DNA of 64,000 bases from a virus: the IMG/VR virus record IMGVR_UViG_3300037258_000301, positions 1-64,000 of that record. One strand, 5' to 3'. Position 1 is the first letter of the stretch. Each line of letters opens with the position of its first letter. The notes under the pieces are model-generated. The model had not been told where the DNA came from, made no database searches, and saw nothing but the letters and a program-made list of their open reading frames with translations. This document shows positions 54,868 through 64,000 of this stretch, one piece after another. The translations under genes were made by a program, and so were the position numbers.

Positions 54868-55869
54868 ATGCCCACTCCCAATGCCCCCACCGGAGTCGTT
54901 GCGACGGCGGGGGCTGGTCAGGCCACCCTGACCTTCACCGCGTCGAGCAATGCCGTCGCCGCCGGGGTGACGGGCTATACGGCCACGTCCATCGACAGCA
55001 CTACGCCGGCCAACGGCGGTCAGACCGCTACCAGCGCCGGCAGCCCGATGACCGTCATGAGTTTGACCAATGGTGACAGTTACACGTTCACGATCGTCGC
55101 CAACGCTTCGGGCGGTCCTTCCTCTGCCTCGACGGCCTCTAATGCGATCACGCCAGTAGCAGTGCCTGGAGTGCCGTTGAATGTCGCGGCGATCGCTGGC
55201 AACACTTCGGCCACGGTCAGCTTTACCGCGCCGACCAGCAACGGCGGCAACGCGATCACGAGTTACACCGTGACGGCGGCTGACACTACGGTGCCGACCA
55301 ACGGTGGGCAGACGGTCAGTGGCTCTTCCAGTCCACTGTCCCTGAGTGGGCTGACCAACGGGGACGGCTACACGTTCACGGTGACCGCCACGAACAACGT
55401 TGGCCGCTCTGCCTCTTCGGCCGCATCCAACCTCATCATTCCCGCGTCACCGGCCACCACGGGTACGCCTCCCGCGCCCTACCCCAACGCACTGAGTTTT
55501 GCCGTCACCAAGGCGATCAATCTTGATCAGCTCGATGATGAGTTGGCTGCCGCGCTGGGTCAGAGTGTGATGATCGCTATCACCGGAGTGAACTACGTAC
55601 CGCCACCGAGCAGCATCTCTCCCACGAACCCGGCGACGGTATGGGTAGTCCCGAACACCGTCAACTCCACCGTTGCCCAGACCGTCATCACCAACCATGT
55701 CGCCAACGCGGACTACAACCTGCCGGCTCAGACCCAGGCATTCCTCGCCGTAATCGCGGCTGTTCAGGCCAACAATTCGATCACCTTGACCTCTCCCCAA
55801 CTCAACACCGCCGTTGTGGGACTACTGCTCCAGGTGGAGACGTTGCTCGCGGATGGTGGCGTTCCGTAA
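54868..55869 (+). CDS. fibronectin type III domain virion protein (two FN3 repeats)
   Basis: P.AP..V.A.AG...AT..F...Y..T...LTNGD.YTFT..A repeated twice. Confidence 0.85.
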   Translation: MPTPNAPTGVVATAGAGQATLTFTASSNAVAAGVTGYTATSIDSTTPANGGQTATSAGSPMTVMSLTNGDSYTFTIVANASGGPSSASTASNAITPVAVPGVPLNVAAIAGNTSATVSFTAPTSNGGNAITSYTVTAADTTVPTNGGQTVSGSSSPLSLSGLTNGDGYTFTVTATNNVGRSASSAASNLIIPASPATTGTPPAPYPNALSFAVTKAINLDQLDDELAAALGQSVMIAITGVNYVPPPSSISPTNPATVWVVPNTVNSTVAQTVITNHVANADYNLPAQTQAFLAVIAAVQANNSITLTSPQLNTAVVGLLLQVETLLADGGVP

Positions 55870-55981
55870 GCCCCTGACAGATCATTCGTCTCGCTGTGCA
55901 GGGACCTCTTCTCACGCAAGAAATTGTTGAGAGTAGACCGGCGAACGATGATGGGCTGGGAATCCAGGAGGTCCCTCCACG

Positions 55982-56431
55982 ATGAAGACGCTTGGAGCGT
56001 GGCTGAAGACCACGATCAAGACGTGGATCAAGTTCGATGATTCTCAGTCGCGCCTGATCGTGATGACCATCGTGTTCTTCTGCCTGGGTATCACCCTGTG
56101 GCTGCAACCCAGCAGGTTCCACAACACGCCCTCCTACGCCAATCTTTTGGCGTTGATCCCTACGGAGGGGTGGGGATCCATCTATCTGACTACGGCAGCA
56201 CTCTGTACTAGTTGCATCGTGAGCTATCCCCTCCGGTGGCTGACTACCGTTACGCATACGGTAGGAATCACATTGCTCGGGGTGTGGTGGTTGGCTTTTT
56301 GGATTCGGTGGCTAACGGATGGGGGGACGACAATCGTCAACGTACTGTCGTGGGGGGTGTTTCTTTACCTCATGGTCCGATCGGCCATGAAGCTGGATGA
56401 CCAGGTGAGTACTCCAGGAGGGACCCCTTGA
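55982..56431 (+). CDS. four-TM membrane protein (holin candidate)
   Basis: AGGAGG RBS, four hydrophobic helices. Confidence 0.6.
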   Translation: MKTLGAWLKTTIKTWIKFDDSQSRLIVMTIVFFCLGITLWLQPSRFHNTPSYANLLALIPTEGWGSIYLTTAALCTSCIVSYPLRWLTTVTHTVGITLLGVWWLAFWIRWLTDGGTTIVNVLSWGVFLYLMVRSAMKLDDQVSTPGGTP

Positions 56432-56811
56432 TAGATGCCTCCACTCTCACCAACATCGTCGCCGTAGCGGCAGCAGTTGCCGGGACGATCGGCATCCCGC
56501 TTTGGAATAGGCATCGGGCGAAGACGAAAGAGCAGGACATGACTGACGTGGTGTCCTGGAAGGAGATCGTCAAGGCATTGCAGACAGAAGTCGCTCGACT
56601 GAGAACTCAGCTGCGTGACTCGGAGCATGATTATCAGAAGCAACTGGACGATATGGGTAGCAAGCACCGAGAGCAGATCAAGACGTTGGACTCCGATTGG
56701 GAAACCCGGATGGCCACGGCTCAGACTCGGATGGCCTCGATGGAAAGTCAGATCACGGTCCTGAACCAGCAGTTGACTAGTGCTCTACGTGGCGGAGGAA
56801 GCTTGTCGTGA
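56428..56811 (+). CDS. N-terminal TM plus coiled-coil protein
   Basis: Single TM then heptad repeats, typical of lysis-cassette membrane proteins. Confidence 0.65.
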   Translation: MIDASTLTNIVAVAAAVAGTIGIPLWNRHRAKTKEQDMTDVVSWKEIVKALQTEVARLRTQLRDSEHDYQKQLDDMGSKHREQIKTLDSDWETRMATAQTRMASMESQITVLNQQLTSALRGGGSLS

Positions 56812-57149
56812 GCGGTCCCGGGTGGGCATTGTCTGCCGTGTACCTCTTCGTCAGCCTGGAGAGCGTCCTCATCCAGGTGCTATCGCTGCTACGCCTACGG
56901 GGAGGCAAGCGGGATCTCACCCATCGCCACCTGGTACGTACCGTCCTGACCCGAGTGATCGTGATGTCGGTGTACGTGGGAGTGGGTGTCACGAACTTGA
57001 TCACTCATACGCTGTTGTCGATTCCGGCACTGGCGATTTTCACGGGGGCGGCTCTGGTGTGGCAGGTCAACAGCTTGCTCGACGTGCGACTTCGGAACAA
57101 GCTCAACGGTCACTCCGACGTCTCATCCACCACCGCGAATTCTCGATGA
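56808..57149 (+). CDS. three-TM membrane protein
   Basis: Hydrophobic segments; GTGA overlap. Confidence 0.65.
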   Translation: MSGPGWALSAVYLFVSLESVLIQVLSLLRLRGGKRDLTHRHLVRTVLTRVIVMSVYVGVGVTNLITHTLLSIPALAIFTGAALVWQVNSLLDVRLRNKLNGHSDVSSTTANSR

Positions 57150-57355
57150 GCAACCGCTGGGTGATCAAGGTCCTCGATGAGAACCGGGTCGACTTGTTGC
57201 GCTCGGGCCGGCAGGTACGCGCCGAGGTGAGTCCGACCGAGGCCAAGCGCTACCTCAAGGCCCACGCGGCGCCCGGCGATGTGGCGTTCACCGAAGACCA
57301 GACCGGGTATCGCACCCGGCTGTCCCCTCGTCAGCCGCGCCGCCGTAAGCGGTAG
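57146..57355 (+). CDS. small basic protein
   Basis: ATGA overlap. Confidence 0.6.
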   Translation: MSNRWVIKVLDENRVDLLRSGRQVRAEVSPTEAKRYLKAHAAPGDVAFTEDQTGYRTRLSPRQPRRRKR

Positions 57356-57372
57356 AGGAACGAGGAGGCCCC

Positions 57373-60300
57373 GTGCTCAAGTACGCGACGCTGGAGATCC
57401 TGGACGCCCGTATGGGGCATCCCAATGTACGACTACGCACCGCGCACCGGGCCGTGTTCAACTACATCCCCCGCGAGGGCTACCTCTACGTTCGCTCCCG
57501 AGCCATCAGCAGCAGGACCAACGACAACTACGACCACTTCTCGGCTGAGGAGATCAAGGGGAACGGCAGCACTACGGGCTACAAGACCTTCATCGGCAAG
57601 CCCGTCTTCGTCAATCATCACAATGAGGATCATCGCCGGATGCGTGGCGTCATTATTGACGCGGTGTTGCATAAGGACCGCAATCCCGATGGCTCACCGG
57701 ATACCTGGTCCGAAGTGTTGATGGAAGTCGACGCGGTGCGCTTCCCGAAGTTGGCCCAAGCAATTTTGGCTGGCCACATCGATCGCACCTCGATGGGTGT
57801 CGATGTCGAGCGGAGCACCTGTTCAGTGTGTGCCAATGTCGCCCAAACCCCCAGCGACTACTGCCGACACATCCCCGCGATGAAGGGGAAGCGTTACCAG
57901 TCCGTCGATTACAAGACGGGCGCGAAGAAGACCAATCTCGTCTATGAGAAGTGCGCCGGCCTGAAGTTCTTCGAGAACAGCCTTTTGGTCGAGGAACCAG
58001 CCGACCCATCTGCATATTTGCTTGATCATCCAGTATTGGGGCCCGGATTAGAGCACATGCTTCCACGTACGGCCAGCTCTAATGGACGAGATGGTCATGT
58101 CGGACACTCCGAAGCGGTCTCCAATTTCTTTCATGGTCAACTGACCACGCCTGGTTCGACCACGCCCAATCGCCACCCGAGGCAACAACTCCCGCTTGAT
58201 GAGTCGAACATCCTCTTCAGTCAGAGTCGCCCAGGGGTTGCGGGAGCCGGGCAGGCTTCTTCCGCGAATCACCATGTCTCGCGAGTTGTCGGCGTTGGAC
58301 CCCAGCAGCCAGTGGTGGCGGTTATGGCAGAGGGGGACATCGCAGGTATGCCGTACCACGTCGCCAGGCGGAATGGGACCGACCAACGTTTCGTAGCCCC
58401 ACCGATGGGAGCGCACCGAGGATCGCTTGGCGTCGTCCAGGGACAGACGGCCGTACCCGTTGCCGAAAGTCCCGCCAGTCCACAGATGGCAAGCATCAGG
58501 ACCACCGCTGGTGTCGATGCTGGCCAGGTAGCGTTCCAGGACGGTTTTGGTTCGAACGAAAGTGCCATGTCGGGACCTGCTGACCATAGCCTTCATATTA
58601 GCAGAACTGCTATGCACCGCGCCGACGCACTGATCATGCGCAAGACCCGTGCGGCCGACCTCTCCGACGAGGATCTAGTGGACACCGACGAAGAGCTGAA
58701 GCAGAGGGCCCGCATGCTCGGCAAGCCAGGTCAGGTTTCGAAGATCCACAAGACCGTGCAGCAGGAACGCAAACGTCGGGTCGGAGCGGTGGACCCTCGC
58801 ATCTTCGATGTGCCGGCCGACGCCTCTCCCGGATTGCCTCGTTACACCTCGGCCGGGGCATGCCCGGCTTGTCGAGGTACCGACACTATCCGGGTCGAAT
58901 CCGTTCGTGAATGCGGCGAATGTGGACACCTCTGGATGGTCGCGATGGTCGATCCGGACCAGCTGCTCGTCCAGGCCGCTCCACGTCACCAGGACCCGGC
59001 TCAGCACCCCTGGTTCCAGGCCAATCCCGTGTCCCATCAGCATGTCGTCGACATGTGGAACAAGGCCACGCCGGATGAGAAGAACTCTGGTCGTCGCTGG
59101 TACCCGGATGCTCACTTGGTGGCTCAGTCTCTGGGTAAGTTGCACCCTGACCACCCGCTCAACGGTGGTACCAAGACCGAGAAGCATGCCTACGTCGACA
59201 ACCCCGACGAGACTGACCAGAAGCACACTCACATGGCTGCCGGTGTGTTGGCCACCTACTCACCGCAGAGTCCGTGGACAACCAACATGCACAACGCGGC
59301 CCGCGCCCTGCACGAAGGCAAGGGCATCGGCGGCAAGGGCGGCGGCGTGATGGCCTCCCAACAGCAGTCCGACTCCGCCAGTCGGATCATGTCCGGCGAG
59401 AAGTACACCGACGTACTCAAGGGCCCGAAAGTCAGCGACTTCGCTCATTTGATCGAGCACGGCGGCGATGAGCATGCTGACGACCCTCATGTGGTCGTCG
59501 ATCGACATGCCCTCTCGGTGGCCACCGGGAAGCGCATGACCGAAGAGGACTACAACAGCTTCCCCAAGTCCAACCGGCATTACTACGGCCACGTCGTGCA
59601 GGCATACAAGGACGCGGCTGACCAGATCGGCCGCAAGGGCGGCGAACCGATCGCTGGACACCAGGTGCAGGCTGCCACCTGGTTGGCTCAGCAGCGGCAC
59701 AACCAGGCGTCCGAACGGGCTATCCAAGGTCAGGACAGTAATGTCGACCGGCTGAACAAGGGGCGTGAGCGCTCTCGGCAGCGGGCCGAGGAAGGGTGGT
59801 CCCAGTTCAAGCAGGAGCATGGCCTGAGTATTGGCGGTGAACCCGGCACCGGTTACACGGCTCGCAAGTTGGCCTACGGCGAACAGAAGGCTCCTGCTGA
59901 TGTGGATACTCTGCGGGACGAATCCTGCCCGATCTGTGGTGAGTCCACGGCTGCCTATGACGGTCGCAACTGCGGTGTCTGTGGTTGGGAGGCCCCGCCG
60001 AAGATGTTCGCCGATCCTGATCTGGAGATGGCCAAGCAAGTCGACCTGCGCAAGGACGTGCTTGACCCATCCGGACAGGACGGCACTGATGTCGGCGACT
60101 TCGCCGACGAGTCCGCTGGTGGCCTGGAGGTCGGTGAGGATCAGCCCGACCTGGTCTGTGACAACTGCGGTACTACGTTCGATGCGGGCCAGCCGCAGAC
60201 CACCAACACCGAGGATCCCGAGGCGGGCGATCGCGGTGACGGTCCGGCCGAGGGGGACGTCTGCCCCGAGTGTGGCGTGGGTGAATTGGTACCTCCGGAC

Positions 60301-60624
60301 GTCCTGGAGGGTGATCAGAATGAAGAAGGGCCTGAGGGATCCCTGGAGGTCGGTCCCACGGATGATGTGGATTCTCAGGGTGGGAATCCCAACGCCGTCG
60401 ATCCGAGCGGATTTGAGCAGAGTTCCGACGTGCAGGACGAAGAAGAGCCCGAGGTCGATGAGGATCAGGACTCCGACAATCCATTCGCCAAGGGAGATGC
60501 CTCTTCCGACGATGAGGACGAAACAGGCGAGGACGAAGACGAGGACGACGTTCCGCCGAAGAAGGCCAAACCCCAAACCAAGCACTCGCTGCGCGATCGC
60601 GTCTTCGGACCTCGGAATAGGTGA
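57373..60624 (+). CDS. prohead (capsid maturation) protease polyprotein with glycosylase-like domain, Zn ribbons and acidic tail
   Basis: N.NYD.F...KTFIGKPVFVNH...TSMG..V..S.CSVC...C.HI...FFENS.LV.EPADP; position before scaffold and MCP. Confidence 0.8.
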   Translation: MLKYATLEILDARMGHPNVRLRTAHRAVFNYIPREGYLYVRSRAISSRTNDNYDHFSAEEIKGNGSTTGYKTFIGKPVFVNHHNEDHRRMRGVIIDAVLHKDRNPDGSPDTWSEVLMEVDAVRFPKLAQAILAGHIDRTSMGVDVERSTCSVCANVAQTPSDYCRHIPAMKGKRYQSVDYKTGAKKTNLVYEKCAGLKFFENSLLVEEPADPSAYLLDHPVLGPGLEHMLPRTASSNGRDGHVGHSEAVSNFFHGQLTTPGSTTPNRHPRQQLPLDESNILFSQSRPGVAGAGQASSANHHVSRVVGVGPQQPVVAVMAEGDIAGMPYHVARRNGTDQRFVAPPMGAHRGSLGVVQGQTAVPVAESPASPQMASIRTTAGVDAGQVAFQDGFGSNESAMSGPADHSLHISRTAMHRADALIMRKTRAADLSDEDLVDTDEELKQRARMLGKPGQVSKIHKTVQQERKRRVGAVDPRIFDVPADASPGLPRYTSAGACPACRGTDTIRVESVRECGECGHLWMVAMVDPDQLLVQAAPRHQDPAQHPWFQANPVSHQHVVDMWNKATPDEKNSGRRWYPDAHLVAQSLGKLHPDHPLNGGTKTEKHAYVDNPDETDQKHTHMAAGVLATYSPQSPWTTNMHNAARALHEGKGIGGKGGGVMASQQQSDSASRIMSGEKYTDVLKGPKVSDFAHLIEHGGDEHADDPHVVVDRHALSVATGKRMTEEDYNSFPKSNRHYYGHVVQAYKDAADQIGRKGGEPIAGHQVQAATWLAQQRHNQASERAIQGQDSNVDRLNKGRERSRQRAEEGWSQFKQEHGLSIGGEPGTGYTARKLAYGEQKAPADVDTLRDESCPICGESTAAYDGRNCGVCGWEAPPKMFADPDLEMAKQVDLRKDVLDPSGQDGTDVGDFADESAGGLEVGEDQPDLVCDNCGTTFDAGQPQTTNTEDPEAGDRGDGPAEGDVCPECGVGELVPPDVLEGDQNEEGPEGSLEVGPTDDVDSQGGNPNAVDPSGFEQSSDVQDEEEPEVDEDQDSDNPFAKGDASSDDEDETGEDEDEDDVPPKKAKPQTKHSLRDRVFGPRNR
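58048..58587 (-). CDS. HNH homing endonuclease with C-terminal HTH, nested antisense in protease gene (start 58587, 58596 or 58617)
   Basis: CHLWTG...GYG...HR...GPIP.G.VVRHTCD...C.N..H...G...DN..DM...GR; EIGDRFGVS..TIS.I..GRTWKH. Confidence 0.9.
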   Translation of the reverse strand: MVSRSRHGTFVRTKTVLERYLASIDTSGGPDACHLWTGGTFGNGYGRLSLDDAKRSSVRSHRWGYETLVGPIPPGDVVRHTCDVPLCHNRHHWLLGSNADNSRDMVIRGRSLPGSRNPWATLTEEDVRLIKRELLPRVAIGRGRTRRGQLTMKEIGDRFGVSDMTISSIRAGRTWKHVL

Positions 60625-60658
60625 CCCACCAGCAATGATCGAAGGAGAAGAGTAGATC

Positions 60659-61576
60659 ATGGCCATGCGTCCCACGCTTCAGGCGCTTGCTGAACAGCAG
60701 CAGGAACTGAATGCTCTCCGCAACACTGTCGGTGCTCAGGCTGCCCAGCTCACTCGGCAGGCCAGCCAACTCGCCGCACAGGGCACCACCATCGAGCGTC
60801 TCGGGCGTGGCCTGTTCTCGCTGGCCTCCATGGCGGGCGGTGACGTGCAGTCCAAGATTGCCTCGGCCATGCTCAAGCGGGCCGACGTGCAGAACCCGGC
60901 CCAGCCGGTACCTGAACCGCCGGCCGGACCGCCCACCGAGTCCACCCAGGAAGCGGAAACTCCGGAAGCGTTCGCCAACGTTCAGGATCCCGGTCTCGTT
61001 CCTGGATCCACCAATGACGTGGCAGCCGATGCCACCACCACCTCCTACACGCCGGGTATGGATATCGCCAGCCAGCCCTTCCACCAGCTCATCGACGTCA
61101 CCCAGCCAGTCGACGGAACACAGAACCCGCGCCCGCTTCAGGAGACCAAGACGCTCACCGATGTGCGCGTGGGGGATCCGATGAACCCGCAGACCGCGTT
61201 CCCGCTCGGAGGCGAGTTCGCCAATGCGCAACGTACCTCCAGCAAAACCGCAGCGGCCGATGCGTCCCGACGCACCATGGCCTCTCTGCGACTGGCTCGG
61301 CTGCGTCTTCAGGCCGGTACCGCCGAGGGCGAGTCGGACTTCGTGGTCGCCGCGATGATCGAAAAGGATGCTCAGGTGTCCACGGCCGCGATCGAGCAGG
61401 AAATCTCCACGCTGGAGAACGTGAAGAAGGCGGCATCCAGTCGTGCAGCCAACGCTCGACTGGTACCGAAGTCGGCCAACCGGCAGCCCCGCCCCTCCCT
61501 ACAGGGAGGCACTTCACACACCGCCAGTGCGGCTCCCGTGAGCACGGAGACTGAAGACGCCGACTTGTTCGATTAA
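60659..61576 (+). CDS. putative scaffolding protein
   Basis: Coiled-coil N-terminus, ends DADLFD; between protease and capsid genes. Confidence 0.65.
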   Translation: MAMRPTLQALAEQQQELNALRNTVGAQAAQLTRQASQLAAQGTTIERLGRGLFSLASMAGGDVQSKIASAMLKRADVQNPAQPVPEPPAGPPTESTQEAETPEAFANVQDPGLVPGSTNDVAADATTTSYTPGMDIASQPFHQLIDVTQPVDGTQNPRPLQETKTLTDVRVGDPMNPQTAFPLGGEFANAQRTSSKTAAADASRRTMASLRLARLRLQAGTAEGESDFVVAAMIEKDAQVSTAAIEQEISTLENVKKAASSRAANARLVPKSANRQPRPSLQGGTSHTASAAPVSTETEDADLFD

Positions 61577-61586
61577 AGGTCACGGG

Positions 61587-62009
61587 ATGGCCGATGTGAC
61601 GTCCTCCGAGGAAGTGCAGACGCCTATGTTCGTGTCAGCAGCAGAGTTTCACGACTCCATGTCCCGGACCCACCACCAACTGGCGCAGGTCTGGGACCAT
61701 ATCGGAAGATTGGAAGCACGAATGACTGACTTCACCACGGCGCTGTCGGACTTGGATGCCGCCGACGCCAGCATCATCAGCGAGCTGTCCGCTCTTGTCA
61801 CCCAGGTGCAGACCCTCCAGGGTCAGATCACCAGTGGTGACACTGCTGCCGCTGCGGCGCTGGCTGCTGAGATCGAGACTCGGGTCACCGCCCTCAACAG
61901 CGCGGTACAGAGTGCCCAGTCCACCCTCAATCCGGCCCCGTCCGGTGATGCGAGTACTGCTCCCACCGATCCCACCACTCCGACCGACCCGGCTGCTCCT
62001 GCGGCCTGA
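61587..62009 (+). CDS. small coiled-coil protein (may start at 61722)
   Basis: Heptad pattern, Pro/Thr tail. Confidence 0.6.
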   Translation: MADVTSSEEVQTPMFVSAAEFHDSMSRTHHQLAQVWDHIGRLEARMTDFTTALSDLDAADASIISELSALVTQVQTLQGQITSGDTAAAAALAAEIETRVTALNSAVQSAQSTLNPAPSGDASTAPTDPTTPTDPAAPAA

Positions 62010-62023
62010 CGGTTCCTCGAACG

Positions 62024-62066
62024 GAAACCCCCAACGCTGTGGACCTCGGCGTTGGGGGTTTCTTTT
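62024..62066 (+). terminator. intrinsic terminator
   Basis: GAAACCCCCAACGC...GCGTTGGGGGTTTC-TTTT. Confidence 0.88.
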
Positions 62067-62176
62067 GCCCTCACTGTCGTGTCTTGACCTCTACCGGTGG
62101 GAACGAGCAGAGGAGGGAGTCCTTCCCGGAAGCCCCTTCTGGATTGAATAACTCCAATGAAGGGATGGGAGGGAAA

Positions 62177-62698
62177 ATGATCCGGACACCGCTGAATCTC
62201 AGCTACATCAAGCGTGAGTTGCGCCCGCTGTACGGCTGGTCTCAGGCGACGCCGAAGGCTGCTTTCGTCGATCCTTCGTGGACGTCATCCGTTGACATCT
62301 ATCCCGGCATGGTCATGCAGAAGATGTTGGGCGACAACGTCACTCTGCTCAATGCCTCGGGTACCCCGTATGGTCTCGCATCGTTCCTGATGGCCCCCAA
62401 GCTGGGCATCGACGAGATCACCGAGACAGGCGTCAACGCCTGCGCGGTATGGGTTATGGGTCCCGACGCCGAGTTCGAGATCCTCGCGCCGTCATTCGAC
62501 ACCACGGCGACCTGGACCGACCCCGGCAACGGCACCACCGCCTTGGTCTACGCGTACACCACGGGGGCCTATCAAGGCGTGTTGTGCCCCTCCACTGGTT
62601 CGCAGGGCTCCGTCAGTGCACTTCCGGTCGCCCGGCTGTTGCAGGTGGCCTCGACATCCAAGATCCGTATCGGCGGCCTTCAGGCCCGGACTGCGTGA
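62177..62698 (+). CDS. capsid decoration/minor head protein
   Basis: GGGAGG RBS; directly upstream of MCP; beta-rich. Confidence 0.65.
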   Translation: MIRTPLNLSYIKRELRPLYGWSQATPKAAFVDPSWTSSVDIYPGMVMQKMLGDNVTLLNASGTPYGLASFLMAPKLGIDEITETGVNACAVWVMGPDAEFEILAPSFDTTATWTDPGNGTTALVYAYTTGAYQGVLCPSTGSQGSVSALPVARLLQVASTSKIRIGGLQARTA

Positions 62699-62708
62699 GG
62701 GAGTGACG

Positions 62709-63809
62709 ATGACGAACACTTTGGTTCGCACCAGCGCCCTCGGGGGCCGGATCGCGAAGAAGTCTGACGACTACGTGTCGCAGATCCTGGCCCGTCGTGA
62801 GAAGAGCGGTGCGCTCTCCCACGAAGCCAAGGTCGACAAGCTGGCACTGATCCTCTCCGACGAGAGCAACGGCATCAAGCGTCTCGGCGTCGGCATGATC
62901 GGCCCGATTCAGCTCAAGCTGCGGTATCAGGGCATCACCCGCAACGTGCTCATCGAGGACCCGGTCACCCCGGGCACCCCCGTCGAGTACGACGTGTGGG
63001 ACGACCTTGGCCAGGCATACATCATGTCCGGGCACGAGGGCGAAGTCCGCATCACCCCGTTCGAAGGCAAGCGCGTTCCGATCCGGTTCTTCCGTATCGC
63101 CTCGCGCCCCGCGATCCGCAAGGAAGACCTGTTCTACCTGCGGATCAACGCTGTCGAGCAGGCGCAGGACGAGACCAAGCAGGCCATCCTCAAGCAGGAA
63201 GACTCGCGGCTGCTCGTACTGCTCCAGTCCGCCGCGAATGCCTACGCCACGCGGCCGGACCACGTCATCACCCCGAACCACAACGTCACGGAGGCCAGCG
63301 GATACTTCACCCCCGCCGGCCTGTACGAGGCAGTTCGTCAGACCGACATGCACGAGTTGCAGTCGGCCCGCATTCTGGTGAACCCCTACGACTTCCGTGA
63401 CTTCTACCAGTGGGACATCAACACCACTGGCTGGGCCTTCAAGGACAGGGTGGTGGCCGGAGAGACCATCACCACGTTCGGTGAGTTCCAGTTCCAGCGG
63501 TCGATCATGGTCCCCGCCGGCACGATGTACCTCACCCCGGAGCCGAACTTCCTCGGCGTCTTCCCGGTTCTCTACTCGCTCGATGTCGAGGAGAACCACA
63601 ACGTGGAGGCGTTCTGGAAGGGCTGGGTGTTCGACGAGATGGTCAACATGACCATTCTCAACCCGCGTGGCATCGCTACCGTCACGAAGGCGTCGGAAGC
63701 GCTCTACTCCGACCCGACGTCGCTCGGTGGTGCCGCAACCGGCCTCACCTCGCCGCCGGCCACGGAGTCCGCGCTCAACCCGCCAGGCGCCTACACCACC
63801 TGGCCGTGA
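62709..63809 (+). CDS. major capsid protein (HK97 fold, Bxz1-like)
   Basis: MIGPIQLKLRYQGITRNVL.ED, FEGKRV, LRINAVEQAQDETKQAILKQED, ILNPRG; strongly biased codons. Confidence 0.9.
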   Translation: MTNTLVRTSALGGRIAKKSDDYVSQILARREKSGALSHEAKVDKLALILSDESNGIKRLGVGMIGPIQLKLRYQGITRNVLIEDPVTPGTPVEYDVWDDLGQAYIMSGHEGEVRITPFEGKRVPIRFFRIASRPAIRKEDLFYLRINAVEQAQDETKQAILKQEDSRLLVLLQSAANAYATRPDHVITPNHNVTEASGYFTPAGLYEAVRQTDMHELQSARILVNPYDFRDFYQWDINTTGWAFKDRVVAGETITTFGEFQFQRSIMVPAGTMYLTPEPNFLGVFPVLYSLDVEENHNVEAFWKGWVFDEMVNMTILNPRGIATVTKASEALYSDPTSLGGAATGLTSPPATESALNPPGAYTTWP

Positions 63810-63824
63810 TCGGTCCGCTCCACG

Positions 63825-63857
63825 GAAGCCCCCACCGTCTCGGCGGTGGGGGCTTTC
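63825..63857 (+). terminator. terminator after MCP
   Basis: GAAGCCCCCACCG...CGGTGGGGGCTTTC. Confidence 0.8.
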
Positions 63858-63931
63858 CCCTCGATCGCGAAGAAGAACCACTGTAGGGCCCAGTCATGGA
63901 CCGGAATCAATCATTGAGCAAGGAGGTCCCC

Positions 63932-64000
63932 ATGCCCACCATGGTGCGTAATCACCAAGCAGGACCCACCACCTTCAGCGACGACGCGACCGGCCAGAAG
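63932..64000 (+). CDS. 5' end of next structural-region gene (partial)
   Basis: AAGGAGG RBS, open to window end. Confidence 0.65.
   Translation, partial: MPTMVRNHQAGPTTFSDDATGQK

Noticed and set aside
58048-58617. Intein or group I intron in the protease gene
   Set aside because: No C/S/A...HN splice motifs in the + frame and no flanking sequence for an intron core
62709-63809. Encapsulin/linocin shell protein
   Set aside because: Portal, protease, scaffold and decoration gene context indicates a phage major capsid protein

Overview
GC-rich actinobacteriophage DNA, almost entirely coded on the + strand. The head module resembles that of large Bxz1/cluster-C-like myoviruses (recognised by eye, no search run). 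Layout: (1) 1-16.3 kb and 26.4-31.5 kb hold dense arrays of small early hypothetical genes driven by a repeated SigA-like promoter, many joined by a fixed TGATCATG stop-start junction, with a cluster of tRNA-like/structured RNAs at 10.75-11.1 kb. (2) 16.4-26.4 kb is a Streptomyces-plasmid-type conjugation module: Rep-like gene, KorA/TraR-type GntR repressor, divergent Spd-like membrane proteins, a dense TGACG/GAACG repeat field, and a TraB-type FtsK/SpoIIIE translocase with a class-3 LAGLIDADG intein. No integrase or att repeat is visible. (3) 31.6-36.1 kb holds an epimerase/glycosyltransferase/methyltransferase cluster and a GH25 endolysin. (4) A 141-nt tRNA-like ncRNA lies at 37.2 kb. (5) 39.3-64 kb is the late head region: multi-domain 'polyvalent' proteins, portal, FN3 protein, membrane proteins, prohead protease polyprotein with a complete HNH endonuclease gene nested antisense inside it, scaffold, decoration protein and major capsid protein, with a repeated putative late promoter. 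The best candidates for novelty are the TraB conjugation module embedded in a phage genome, the frame-preserving antisense HNH, the enzyme-carrying head polyproteins and the tRNA-like RNAs. All functional calls come from motifs read by eye.
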